Under the pieces are notes generated by a model. It searched no databases. It had not been told where the DNA came from and was given only the letters and a program-made list of their open reading frames with translations. This document shows, piece after piece, positions 36,681 through 49,961 of a stretch of 64,000 nt of DNA (positions are counted from its first letter, which is position 1; each line of letters begins with the position of its first letter). The stretch lies in assembly GCF_018977255.1 (NCBI RefSeq), contig NW_024704742.1, forward strand, positions 48,300,001 to 48,364,000, read 5' to 3'. This DNA is from Callorhinchus milii. Taxonomy: Eukaryota. The position numbers were made by a program, and so were the translations under genes.

Positions 36681-36883
36681 TTTTGCTATTATCCTTTGTG
36701 ATGTCTAACACTTTATACATTAGCTTAACCCTTTCAATCCCCCCTTCGTCTTCACTTCAGTGTAATGTACAGCCGGATCTCCTACACTAACGACAAGCTC
36801 TTTCAAAATTTAGGGCTGAATGAAAACCAGAAAATGGGTTGAATGAATGGGATTCCTAAACCCATTTTGTTTCTTATTTAAAG

Positions 36884-36924
36884 GAGCGTGGTTACGAACA
36901 CCAGCAGGGGTTGCCCCACTCCAG
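36884..36924 (+). other. Candidate 41-nt internal exon
   Basis: 'ttttgtttcttatttaaag|' acceptor and CAG|GTAAGT donor. Confidence 0.4.
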
Positions 36925-37024
36925 GTAAGTGTTTTGCTTCACTCAAAGTCTGAATGTGTCATTTTATTTTGAACCTGAGGTAATCAAACAAAATAATAAT
37001 CATTACATTTGATAATCCAATTTT

Positions 37025-37175
37025 ATAAGACCATAAAACATAAGATGAAGGAGCAGGAGTAGGCCATTTGGCCCCTCGAGCCTGCCCCGCCATTTAATAA
37101 GATCATGGCTGATCTTCTAATCTAATTCCATTTACCCGCCTTATCCCCATATCCCTTAATCCCGTTATCCTTTAG
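37025..37175 (-). mobile_element. CR1 3' end (second subfamily)
   Basis: 'cataag...ggagcaggagtaggccatt.ggcccctcgagcctgc.ccgccatt.aataagatcatggctgatc'. Confidence 0.85.
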
Positions 37176-37660
37176 AAATAATGTTAGGGTTTATATATAT
37201 ATATTATATATATGTGTTAGGGTTTATCTGACCAGGATGCCTGCTCCTGGATGCTCTGGGACACTACCACACACGAAGGGCGCTGTATAAATGCAAGTTG
37301 TTATTGCTCCCCAAGGCCAATGGCTCAGAGGCTTTCAGCCTAGCCGATCTGATTCTTAAAATGTAATCTTTTGATCGAGAATCTTTTCGCCCACAAATAT
37401 ACAGTCAATTGACTTTACAGTCTATTCTGTGAAGCGCTTTGAGACGTTGAGAAGACGTGAAAAGCGCTATATCAAATGCAAGGATTATTATTATTATTAT
37501 ATAACCTAGTGACCAAACTTAAAGACAATTTTTTAAAAAAAAACCCTTATATATGTTGTTGGACATACAATGTGTAAAGTAAGATTGCTTGGCTTAGAGT
37601 TTAAAACAAAGTGACAATGGTTGAACCCCGGGTGGAGGAAACAACTTATCTGGAGAGAGA

Positions 37661-37673
37661 TGCCACCTGCTGG
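37661..37673 (-). promoter_or_regulatory. CTCF-like core motif
   Basis: CCAGCAGGTGGCA fits CCASYAGRKGGCR; a weaker match lies at 41544-41556. Confidence 0.3.
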
Positions 37674-38270
37674 TGCTCCTAAACAGGTTCTTTAATTGAC
37701 TGTTTTGGAATCCCCCAAATTTTACCCTTCTGATTTGGAGAGTTAGCTAAATGTCTGGTTGGTATCCTTTGCAGAATGAATCAATTTCAAGATCCTCACA
37801 TTTGCATAAAAAACACTTCATGTCCTGGCACTTCCCTACCTGTCTGACCTGTTACACCCCACTCCTCTACCTCCCTTTCGCTCAGCTGGCTCCGGTCTCA
37901 ACCCTTCTGATCCACCTTTGGTGGCCGTGGCGTCAACCACTACGTCCCAAAACTATGGAACTCTCTCCCTCAATCCTTCCACTTTGGCCAGTCCTTGCTT
38001 ATCCTCTGATCACAACTGAAGACCTTCCTTTTCGACCATACCTCCAATCACATCCCCTCTCCCTGGCTCGGCATCAAGCTCCGCCACTGGCAAGCACTCT
38101 GAGGTGCATTGAAGGGCACAATACGAATGGAAGTTGCCTTGATCTGTATAAAGTTTCTTGCATTCCTCCTGTCAGTTTGAATGCTCAGACTGTGTGTATC
38201 TGTCGGTTGGGGGAAGGAAGAATTAACAACCATTTTAAAGGTATGATTAAATATTAAATATAAATAATGT

Positions 38271-38583
38271 GGAGTCCTGTAGCTCAGTGGTTAGAGCACT
38301 CGCCTTGCAAGAAAGAGACCTGGGTTTGATTCCCGGCAGGGCAAAACCTTGGGCAAGTTTCCTTACTCCACATATCTAATAATAATCCCTCAAGAAAAAA
38401 ACAATAAAATTGGTCACTTCAATCCATGACTGTTTGTGGGACATTGCTGTGCACAATTGGCTGCTGCATTTCGTCCACAAATATATGGTCAATTCACTTC
38501 ACAGTCTATTCTGTGAAGCGCTTTGAGACGTCAGAAGACGTGAAAAGTGCTATATCAAATGCAAAGATTATTATTATTATATT
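38271..38583 (+). mobile_element. Full-length SINE, short variant
   Basis: GGAGTCCTGTAGCTCAGTGGTTAGAGCACTCGCC head; (ATT)n tail. Confidence 0.92.
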
Positions 38584-38803
38584 CGGCCTTCTAAACTACC
38601 AAAGACGTTTGTATTTTTATTTAATTCTGCAGTTCAAAACAATACATTGCCCAACTACTCAGATCATACTTGCACTGTTGGAAAAACTTTACGACTTTGA
38701 ACACCCCAGGGCGGAAATATTGTCTTAGTATTAAGGATCCTACAGAAACTTTTAAGTCTTCTTTAATTCAGTTTAAAATGAACTGCAGAAAATGGTTCCA
38801 AAT

Positions 38804-39105
38804 TATAATAATAATAATCCTTGCATTTGCCTTATCACGTGTTCGAGACATCTCAAAGCGCTTCACAGAAAATACTGTAAAGTGAATTGACTGTATATTT
38901 TGTCCGTTAAATGTAGTAGCCAATTGTTCACAGCAGTGTCCCACAAACAGCCGTGGATTGAGTGACAAATTTAATATTATTTTTTGAAGGAATTATTTCC
39001 CTCCAGAAAAGCGATCCACCAATCGACTAACAACCGGGTTCCTACTTACTGCTAAGTAAACAGAGACGTGTGGCGTAAGGAAACTTGCCCAAAGTTTCAT
39101 TCTGC
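38804..39105 (-). mobile_element. SINE long variant lacking the tRNA head
   Basis: Reverse complement of the SINE body. Confidence 0.88.
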
Positions 39106-39269
39106 AAAAATTACAATATACACATATACAATGACAAAATATACAGTCAATTTACTTAACGGCATATCCTATGGCATTGAAGTGCTTTGAGACGTCTCGA
39201 AGATGTGATAAGACACTATATCAAATGCAAGGATTATTATTATTGAAACAGCACCTTTCATGTCAGGCA

Positions 39270-39695
39270 GGGGTGCAGAGGAGATTTACTAGGATGACGC
39301 TGGGAATGAATGGTTTGGCCTATGTCCAGAAATTGGAGAAGCTGGAACTTTTTCTGCTGGAACCAAGAAGTTTCCAGGGTGAACCAAGGGTGACCTCATA
39401 ATTTAAAATTACGATAGTGTCAATTGGGAGAAATTATTTCCATTGGTCAGTGGACTAGAGGGCACCAATTTAAGATGATTAGTATGTAAGCAAATGGGAA
39501 GGTTAGGAGAATTTTTTTTCACTCCTAGAATTGTTAGGATACAGATTGCATTGCTGGGAGCTGTGATTGAGGCAAAATCCAGGGATATGGGTAAGGGAAT
39601 GTAAATGGGACTGAAAGGATTGCTCTTTAAAAGAGTCAGCATGAATACAATGGGGCAAGAGGTCTTCTTCTGTGCTGCGAATTCCTATGGTTCTT
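39270..39695 (+). mobile_element. Degenerate CR1 3' fragment
   Basis: VQRRFTRM..GM.GL.Y.Q.LEKL.LF.LE motif; 'actagagggcaccaatttaag'. Confidence 0.8.
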
Positions 39696-39847
39696 TAGGA
39701 GGATGTCTCAAAGTGCTTTACGCAGCTGGCTGGGTACCCGAGTTGGGGGTTGGGTGGGGAAGATGACCAAACAACAACAACAACAAGATTACATTTCTAT
39801 AGCGCCTTTCATGTCGGGAGGACGCCCCAAGCGCTGGACAGTGTACA

Positions 39848-40629
39848 GCACTCCACACTCCACCTCACTAAGTCAGTCCAGAACCTTGGGGTCTTGTTTG
39901 ACCTTCAACTATCCTTTCTACCCCACATTTGCACCATGACCCGCTCTGCATTCCCCCACCTCCGCAACGTTATCTTGCTCCGACACTGTCTCACACTGCA
40001 GACCGCCGAAAACCCTCATACATCACTTCATTACATCGAGGCTCGACTATGCAAACTCACTATTTGTCAGCCTCCCCAACTCTTCCCTCCACAGGGTGCA
40101 GATCATCCGGAACACTGCAGCCCGTGTCCTCTCCTGCACCAGACTCCACGACCCTATCACCACCATCCTCACCCAACTCCACTGGCTTCCCATCGCACAA
40201 AGGATACAGTTCAAGATCCTGGTCCTCACCTTCAAAGCCCTCCTTGGTCTTGCTCCCCCCCCCACCTCTCCGATCTCCTAATTCCCTCATACCCTGTTTG
40301 CTTCCCCTTCTCAGCATGCTCCGGCCTGCTTCACGTCCCCGCCTTGTTCGCCCCACTATTGGCGGGTGGGCCTTCCGCCTCTCTGCCACCACCCTCTGGA
40401 ACTCCATCCTGCAGTCCCTCCATCTCGCCCCCTCCCTCGCCACCTTCAAGACCCATCTCAAGACCCTCCTCTTTGACCGTGCTTTCGATTTCCCTGCTTC
40501 CCCCCCTGCCCTGCCCCCACTCCCCCCCCCCCCACTCCTTAGCTCAGGTTTGTAACTCTGTCTGTCTAGCGCCTTGGGACGTCCTCCCGACACAAAAGGC
40601 GCTTTACAAATATAATTTTGTTGTTGTTG
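39848..40629 (+). mobile_element. 5'-truncated L2, preceded by an opposite-strand L2 tail (39768-39842)
   Basis: NLGVLFD, LHWLPIAQRIQFKILVLTFKAL and LWNSI motifs across frameshifts. Confidence 0.93.
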
Positions 40630-40920
40630 GTTAGCACGCTCACCTCGCAAACGGATTTGATTCTCGGGCGGGGCGAAACATTAGGCAAATTTCTTTACTC
40701 CTCATGCCTATGTTTATCAAGCAATAAGTAGGAACCCAGTTGTTAGTTGATTGGCGAATCATTTCTGGGGTAATAATTCCTTTTAAAAAATACACTAATA
40801 ATAAAATAATCACTCAATCCACAACTATTTGTGGGACTGAAACGTTGCTGTGTGTAATTGGCTGCCACATTTCCCTCACAAAATATACAGTCAATTCACT
40901 TTATAGTATATTCTGTGAAA
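40629..40920 (+). mobile_element. SINE long variant, partial
   Basis: 'ggttagcacgctcacctcgcaa' through the Deu core. Confidence 0.8.
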
Positions 40921-41039
40921 TGCTTAGATGTTAAACTGAGGTCCTGCCTGCTAGTTAGGTGTTTTGACAATAATGGGAAAGTAACATGATGGATGAAGTC
41001 ACTTCTCTTGTCACCTCAATATTTGTGGGCTGCAGGGCC

Positions 41040-41480
41040 GTAGGAGCGATGCAGAGGAGAACATAGAGGATGATCCCCAGTGTTAGAGGAATGAGAAAAT
41101 GAGCAATGATTAGACAAGATAGGGCTCTTCAGTCTTAAAAAGGGATGTCTCAGAGAGGACCTTGTAGAGGTATATGATGATAAATACTAAATACTAAATA
41201 CTAGACCCAAAACCATACTTTCAGATATGCTAGGGCAGCAGGACAATAGGGCTCAGATTCAGTGTAACAAAGCAATGTTTCAAATCAGACAATTAGCATT
41301 TCTTTACCCAGACTGTGTTTAATCACTGGTTATCCACAAGGTCATTGAGGCCAGGACACTAGACTCATTTAAAAAAATGTTTGATGATGTAATGGAAGGA
41401 GAATGGGGAGGGTATTCTGGAAGCATGAGATCAAATGGGCAAAAGGACTTTCTTCATCCAAAGCTCTCTTGTAATCTTGT
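41040..41480 (+). mobile_element. Highly degenerate CR1 3' fragment
   Basis: 'gatgcagaggaga..agaggatgatcccc'; 'ttctttacccagactgtg'. Confidence 0.6.
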
Positions 41481-42688
41481 GAGGTAAACCAAAGGGCCTT
41501 TTGCATCTTAATCTGTCCATGATTGTACACATAACTAGTTAATCCACCAGGTGGAGAACAGGGCAGTTTTCATGCAAAGTTCTAATTTTAATCGGTTCAT
41601 ATTGGTTCTATTCTCTTTAACATTTGTCAGCAAAATAAAGGTACTCTTCTTTATTCCATTGATAAGCAACAGAATTTCAGTTTATTTTTCAAAATTATCT
41701 CAAATTTATTTCACAGAGTAGCTTATCGTTTCACTCCAGCTACGTTCTGCACAGTTGCAATATATAGTTATTAGCTTGATCATTCACATATGGTCCAACT
41801 CAGGGTCTAATTTACCTTTAAGTTAAGTGAAAAGGACACTGGTGGTATTCAGGAAATTAAAGGCAAGCCTGTGCACATATTGTTAAATCTTAATTGCTCT
41901 TGCCTCTTGATTTGTAATATTAACGTGACTGACCACTCATTTCATTGACAACATAGACAACAAGTACAATTCCAGGGAGATAAGCCATTGTCAACTGACT
42001 GACCTGAGCCTCAGAGCAATATTCAACCATGATCCAAGTGCAGTTTACTGGTGGTACACCATAAAGAAAGAATTTGCATTTTAATAGGACTTTGAAATAT
42101 CTTGCACATAATTACTGTCAAGTGTATCGACTATGCTTGTAGGGAAACATAATGGTCATTTTTGTATGAGCGAGGTCTCCCAAACAATTGCAGTTTTTGG
42201 AGGATTGCTGACCAGGAGAAACTATTTTTTCTTTTTAAATATTATTTGTGAGATGTTGGTCAGTAACAAAGTGTCTCTTAAACGTGTCTTGGCTTCAACC
42301 ACCGTAGCAGCTTAGACTATGCTACCCATTAGGGCTTTGGTTTGCAGTGTTAACAGGAACTGAGTGAGAAGAACTGGGGTAAAGTTTGTAGTGTTTCATA
42401 ATGTGTTCCTCATTAATTAGCATGATGAACACGAGAGCAAATACATCATTGATCACAGGCTGTCCTTCATTAAGAAACAATAAGACATTTGTGATGTTTC
42501 ATAACATCTTCCTTTATGTTAATTAATATAGGAAACACACTATCAAATCCTGTAAATTTTAGACAGTGTGTCTTACCCCAATCCCAACCACAGACCTCTT
42601 CAGCCACACTTTCAACAATTATATTTCTCACACCAGCCATCCTTGTTCAGGAATCCCAACGAGATATAGTGCAACTTAAATCTAACTA

Positions 42689-43103
42689 CAGTGGAACCCC
42701 ATTACAACATGCTTCATTATAACACAGCTTTACTTGTAAGGCGGGCGCTCTGTGGACTTGCAGCGGCTTTTCTGCACCGTCCATGAAGAAAACGTGACAA
42801 TGCACAGTCTAACCTTCTGGCTCAAGTCGGTTTGATTGTGTATTGCATGGCTTGTGCTTTCTGCACCTGCATATAACGCACATGAAGTGATGTCAGCTGT
42901 GACCTGATGGCCTGGACATCAGTTATTCTTTAGTGCAAGAAGCTGGCTAATATTCTGTGTTGGTGTGCATTGATATCACGGGTCAAGTGATCAATGATGA
43001 TGGATGTGGGAGCGCTGGCTGGCAACTGCATCTGGTATAATGGGGTGTAAAGGGGTGAAATTTTGTGAACTTTAATTACTGCATTATAACAGGGCTCTGT
43101 CTG
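42689..43103. mobile_element. Tc1/mariner (pogo/Tigger-like) non-autonomous element
   Basis: TA|CAGTGGAACCCCATTACAAC ... ATTATAACAGGGCTCTGTCTG|TA: imperfect TIRs with TA flanks. Confidence 0.55.
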
Positions 43104-46100
43104 TATGTCATAGAATCATAGAAATGTTGAAATATTTTATTATTCCCTTCCCTGTTGCGGGCAAGGCTACTGTTGATGATACTCATAACAAACACCATGG
43201 CAACAGCACCAATCTTTCCAGGTCACCATGGTGAAGTTCACCTGCGTGTGCTGTGTTTGCTAACATGACTAAATGCATTAAAGCCTATTGAAATGCATCC
43301 TATGGACTCTGAGTTATTGGAGCTGAACTGTAAAGAGCTGTCTGGGATTATTTCTAGCTGTACAGCTCTTTTAGGCTTTGTCAATAATCAGTCAACGAAA
43401 GCCTTTCCGCTTTGTGCCTTGTTATTTGTATTTATGTTTGTGTGTATTGCAATTTTGAAATGCCCTCGGTGATCAGAATCACGTTAAGTTGTGCCTGAAA
43501 TATTGCAGTGTGTTCCTTCCAAAATTGTAATAAGGACAAAGATTAGTGAAAGAGATTAGACTGTTGGATTTAGTTTCTATCACAACAGGGCAGTCAATGT
43601 TATCAAATCTTGCGCACAAAGCTTTATTTTAACTCCTTGATTGCTACACTGCATTTATATTACGTTGCTGTGTTTCGCCCACAAAGTATTCATTCAACTC
43701 ACTGTGAAGCACTTTGAGACATCTAGAAGATGCGATAAAGTGCTATATCAAATGCAAGGATTATTATTATATTATTGCTGGAGCGAAGCGAAATGGAGCC
43801 TCTGATATTTGAATATCGCTTTTTTTTTTGGTCACTTTCAGAAATCCATCGCCATGCTTAAGAGTATCCAAACCAAACTGAGAATTCCACCCAGCGCCTG
43901 GTAAGTTTTCCCGCTGCTTGTCCAACTTGGACCACTTACCCCTTAGGGCATTGGCTTGCAGGGTTAACGGTAGTATTAATGTTGGTTTAAAGATTTTCAT
44001 GTCTTTACACCTTAAGATATGTAAATTCTAAGGTTGTGATATCTGGAAACTCCTTTTGCCCTTTTCACCCACTTCCTCTACTGAAGGTGTTGACTTGGGC
44101 CTGCATTAGGTTCCCAGGCACTAACAGCATTTCAGTCGCTCACACAATTGTATTGTTTTTGTATAGGTTGTCAGGCTGCTACACCACAGAGTGCATTGCA
44201 CCTATGCCCAACCCTCTTCTCAGACAATGAGGTTGAAAAGGCGCTCGAAAAGCAAAACCACCACGTAACCACTAGAAGAAGTAAAAAAAAGTAAATTCCT
44301 GTACATTATAATAATTCTTGCATTTGATATAGCACCTTATCATGTCTTCGAGAGGTCTCAAAGCACTTCATAGAATATACCGTGAAGTAAATTAACTGTA
44401 CATTTTGTGGATGAAACATTATACATTATGCTGAGTTGCAAGATGTAGGCTCCAATCCAAGATCTCGTGGGAGACCCTGCAAAATGAAGCTTTCTAGAGG
44501 CTATTTGCCAGTCACACCTTTTATGAACCTCATGATCCAGCAATTTTCAGCAGGTGGTACTGGATAGTCATCGGGAGCCTTGTTTGGTTTCCCATCTTAA
44601 ACTGACATAGCTGAGGCCCTTTGTGCTACCCTGGCTGCGATCCGTGTGTTTAGGACAGACAAGGATGTAAACTGTAATCTTCCCATCCATATTGCTCAGT
44701 GTTGCATAATGCAGCTGGTTAACAAGGGAGTACATTGACAGACTTGATTCATTATATATAATGGGTTCTTTAGTCAACTGTGCTGTGTAAATCTGATTTT
44801 CATGTGAAAGAGTTTAATTAGAAAAAAAGCTCCTAAAAATCTTTGTCCTTCAAAGATTGGAGAGTATGAAACTTTCTGACATCTTGTCTCATGGCACGTG
44901 CCCAGTTGAGCCTACATATTCTATAAATTTTAAATGAAACCAGGATCCATGTGGTGTTGTAGCTCTGTAATGACTGGATTTAGGCTACTGGGACAAGTTA
45001 GTAATTCTTTGAAAATGACCTTGTGCCAAGAAGTGTTCTTTGATGTATACATCAAAGAAAGGCAATTAGTCTTTGGACCTTATGTCATGTCCCATGAATT
45101 GAACAGCGCTTAACATTGAATGTGTAAGTTGATAACTTGATTGAAAAGCTATTTAACATTGTGAGGGAAATCTCAACGGTCAGTAAATTTTATTCAAAAT
45201 GAGTGTCTTGTGTTCTGTATTCCAGTGTTCTGAATAATAATCCCCCAAATAAAATTGGTTGTTTGTTTCATGGCTGTTTGTTTTCCTACAAAACACACAG
45301 TCACTGCATTCTACAATAAAATCCTGTTTTTTGGGTGGAAGCTGGGATGTCTGACACATGTGGATACCCATCAACATTAAGAGTATCCAAACTAGACTGA
45401 GAATTGCATGCATGCCACCTGCACTTTGGAAATCACCCCAGTCTGGAATGGAATAACTGCTCCTATCTGGAGATCCCTGCTGGAAAGTGAACCTGTGTGG
45501 AAGTCAAGGGAAGACAAGACTTGGCTCCCAGTGTTTGACAACACATGGATAAACGTCACTTTGGTGAGATATCGAAGAGTGACCAGCAACAACAACTTGC
45601 ATTTATATAATGTCCCGACACGCAGGGTAGTTTCCCAGAGTGCCCAGCACCCATAGCACCAAACCCACTAGAAAAAAAAGGAACAAAACCGATTTAGAAA
45701 TAGGAAAAAGCATTGGAAAAATATTGGTTCCAGACTTTTCATGCTTTCTCTCTTCATAATCTTCCTCTTTCTGAATGAATTCTGATAGTCACATCTTATT
45801 TTTGGATGACCTTGTTTTGCACTGCAGATTGCCCTCACTGCCGTATGATTTATTGCTATATTTCGAAGGCACACTACCCTTCCACTGAAACCATATCTGG
45901 ACAGATTAGAATGTTTTATTCATTTGGAACATTTGCGGCGTCACTCTCTTGTGTTAACCAGTACATGACCAGTTTCTTATCATGTAAGGCATGAAGTGAG
46001 GCCATTGTGGTGGCTTACAGCACAACACGTAATTTCTGTTTCTAAATTCATAACCTTGGAGTAACCCCTAGATTAGATATCTTTGGATTCGTTATGATTC

Positions 46101-46219
46101 ATTAGTGAGAATATTCCAACAGCTTGTTACTGAGTTGTTACTGAATTTCTGGGACAAATTGGATGGGAAGTTTTCACAAGGAAGCAACAAATCGCAATGA
46201 AACATCACCAATTTATAAA

Positions 46220-46530
46220 AATAATAATAAACCTTGCATTTGATATAGGGCTTTTCATGTCTTCTTGACGTCTCAAAGCGGTTCTCAGAATAGACTGTAA
46301 AGTGAATTGACTGTATATTTGTGGGCGAAACACGGCAGCCAATTGCGCACAGCAGTGTCCCACAAACAGTCGTGATTGAAAATGACCAATTTATTATTGT
46401 TTTGTTTTGGAGGGATTATTATTTGGCGTGTGGAGTAAGGGAACTTGCCCAAGGTTTTGCCCTACCTGGAATTGAACCCAGGTGTCTCGCTTGCAAGGCC
46501 AGTGCTCTAACCACTGAGCTACAGGACTCC
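46220..46530 (-). mobile_element. Full-length SINE, short variant
   Basis: Reverse complement of 38271-38583. Confidence 0.92.
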
Positions 46531-47069
46531 ATTATTATTATAATAAGAAGAAGAATGAAGATGCTTAACAATAATAATATGAATAATAATATTAACAATA
46601 ATACCACTGATCACAATAATATATATAGCTGTGCCGCGTATCACCCGCAAAATATGTACAGTCAATTCACTTTACAGTATATACTGTGAAGTAGTTTGTG
46701 ACGTCTCAAAGATGTGATAAAGTGCTATATCAAATGTAAGGATTATTATTATTATATTGTGAGAATTATCACGAGGACATCATATGGTGGAATGATTTTG
46801 CCCAGCCCCACTTAAGATTCAATATTGAGCCACACCGTTATACCCAAGTGGGAGAGCAGTGTTTCAATCTTATTCACAAGATACCAACTATTTCCTTGAG
46901 AGATATCAGTCATGGTTTTGAATGTGGCTGACATAACTATGTAGTTATAAAACAATGATTTATCAAGATAAGATTTATAAAGACAAGATTTTGAACTTGG
47001 TATTGGATAGTTTGTGATTAAATTAGATAACAAGATTTGTTTGGTTGCTTTATGGCATGAAAATAATAG

Positions 47070-47560
47070 TACAACAACAATGACTTGCATTTATATAGCA
47101 CCTTTCATGTCGGATAACATCTCAGAGTGCTTTACAAAGACAGGGTTGGATGTTGAGCAAGGGATGGGGAAGGTGACTGCAAGTGCAGTCAAAGAGATAT
47201 GTTTTAAGGCAAAACCTAAAGACATATAGAGAGTGGGTGAGATAGAGGGGTAGAAGGAGGGCATTCCAGAGGTTAGGGATTGGAACCTGAAGTCTCAGCC
47301 ATTGATATTGGTGTGAAGAGGGCAGGGGACACTCAGCAGTACCGAGCTCACTGAGCAGAGGGGATGAGCAGAGGAGTGGGGTAGGAGAAGATTAGAGCAA
47401 TTGTGAAGTGCTGGAGCGTGAAGGGATTTACGGGTGAGGATCTTGAAATAATCGATCTTCTGGGAGTCAGTGGTTCTGATGAGGACTGGGTGATATCTTT
47501 CAGATAAACTGAAGAATATGGATAGTGGAACTAGGACGAATGGTGAGGAGCATAAGCCAA
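47070..47560 (-). mobile_element. Degenerate L2
   Basis: 'acaacaacaatgacttgcatttatatagcacctttcatgtcgga'; 'gtgaggatcttgaa'. Confidence 0.7.
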
Positions 47561-49429
47561 TAAAGAGGCAATAAATGTCATATCAATGAATATACCAAAT
47601 ATATATATTTTTGTAATATTAACACAGATTTGTGCTCAATAGTTTAAGGGATAATATGAAAATGATCCACCCAGTTTCACTATACAGATATAATGTATTT
47701 CCTCATACCAGAGAAGCTTTAGTTGGTAAAAAGAAGGAAAAACTTGCATTTTATTGCAGTTTATCACATTGATTTACAGTAATTACAGACAAGTGTGATG
47801 AATGTGTTTGTAGGGAAACATGGCAGCTGTTTTACACATAGCAAGGTTCAACAAACAGCAACGATAAATGGTCCTTATGAGGTGAATGACTTTTGATGTT
47901 CAGTTCTGTGGATCAAGCATGATATTTTTGGTGCCGTGGGATCTTTAACATCCGAACAGGGAGATTGGACTTTGCTTCGACATTATTCCAATGGACAGCA
48001 CTATTGATCGTGTCATGTTCCCCCAGGACTGCCCTGGAGTGTTCCTCTAAACTATGAGCTCAAATCCCAACATGAGGCTTAAACCCACAACATTCTGGCA
48101 GCTTGGCTCACTTAGCAGCACAGCTTCTGACTTTATACTTGTTTTACAGGCCACCTGCTATTGTATCATTCGTGTCAGGTCATTTATATGTTTCCTGCAG
48201 TCCTGTATTCTGGAAGTTTTTAATAATTTCCAGGAGGTTTCCACATGAGCATTTTAATGTCCCTGCAGAGCTGCCGTGTTACTTTCTATATCAACTCAAA
48301 TTACATTATTTATTTATAGGCAAATGGAATTTTCCAGCCCTGGTTCTATACGCTGGAAAGGAAGGCCAGTTTTAAAGAATGTGCATTGGTTGTGTGTCAA
48401 GTGCTTTTATCTATTGGTTACATAAATGACTTCAAAAGGTTGAACTGTAAGGCTCTACCTTATTTCCTCTTGAACAATGTATTCTACTTGCATTGGGTTA
48501 AGATTATTAGAGTTTACTATTAAACCCGCTTTACAATTGCAATTGTCACTGCGCAATGCTATCCAGCTCAGCTCATGACACCTTTGCTCTGGGTCATGAC
48601 ACTCTTGCTCCACCCCTCTTCCCATCACTCGCAGAGACTGATCGGAAGAGAGGTGCAGATGGAAGGTAAAACAATGAAGTCGGAAATGGTTCATTTGGTT
48701 GGATGAAATCATCCCCCAGTCCAGATCTGGCCTTCGGGTTGTTAGTTCGACTGCCCTTAAATGTATCACTGGATCCGCTCAGACCCCCTGACTGGCTCGG
48801 AGCACTGAGCAATTGCACCTTTGCACAGTCCTAACACTGCCCTTGTTTGTTGCACCTTGCTGGTGTGTATAGCTGACATATTTGCTACAAAATGGTGAGT
48901 GCACTTTGAGACGTTTCATTGTGATAAGAAAACATTTCAAATGTTACTATTTTCTGGATTAAGGAAAATAAATGTTCCTGGCTTCAAATTCTCTTTCTAA
49001 AGCAAAATGCATACAACTTTAATACGAACGCTTGATAAGTCGTTCTGAAATATTCAGATCTCCAATTTATGGAGAACGATGAGAAGCTAAAGATGGTAAA
49101 GCATTAATCTCATTAAAGGATTCAGATGATATCATAAAACATGAGAGGAGTTTATACCAAGCATTGGAATAGGATTATAATGGCCTTGAAATCACTCCAG
49201 GCAATCCATTATGAGTTTCATTACTGTGCATCTCATTCCTTCAATGGGAACATAGGTTGTGTCCCAGTCAAACCTTTTCCCTCCCTAATCTGGCCTCCGA
49301 ATCATCAAAGGACAACGCAGATCTGATTAAGATACCCGGCTGATGCCCAAAAATAACAGGGGATTAGTGTTACCATCTCTGCAAAGAAAGACAGTTGCTT
49401 ACTATACAGCACAGTGCATCATCCGCCGA

Positions 49430-49660
49430 ATCATAGAATATTACAGTACAGAAACTGGTCAGTTGGCCCCTAAACTCTGAGCTGGTGTTATTGGCCTCAT
49501 CCACCACCTTCTCCCCTTTAATATTCTTTAATATACCTCCTACTGTAGCATCTACCCTTTTTAAAACAATTATGGACTGTTTCAATAACTATTTTGTGAC
49601 AGAGAATTTTACATTCCAACCACCGTCTATGTAAAGATTTATTTTACAACCTTCCCTTTA
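49430..49660 (-). mobile_element. Degenerate CR1 3' end
   Basis: 'gaatcatagaatattacagtacagaa'. Confidence 0.6.
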
Positions 49661-49961
49661 ATTCATGGCAGTTGTCCCTGTCTTTTTAATACATCTGCCC
49701 AACAGTCTTTGTGAAAATAACAACACTAGAGGTCCCCATAACTTGTTAAAATAATCTTAGTATCACAGCATTGCACATGGGTTTGGCTTAGTTAATTAAG
49801 TTATAATGCTTCTGCTGGCTTCAGCACTGATATTATTTTCAGGACGATGTGAGCAGACTGTTATACTCTAATCAGAGAAAGCAGAGTTCTGAACTTGTGT
49901 ATTTAAGAGCTTCTCAAGTTATTTTCCACTGTTAAAAAAACATTAAACGTCATTGTGATAA

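Noticed and set aside
38271..38342. tRNA gene (also 2728, 20280, 22630, 35040, 46460)
   Set aside because: SINE heads: they continue into the SINE body and tail, and lack a proper acceptor stem and terminator.
39750..40650. Longest ORFs (294, 208, 196 aa), also 8840-9598 and 11219-11935
   Set aside because: Frameshifted or off-frame readings of L2 ORF2 and 3' UTR, not host genes.
46321..46689. 122-aa ORF with poly-I/poly-N
   Set aside because: Antisense SINE plus (AAT)n microsatellite.
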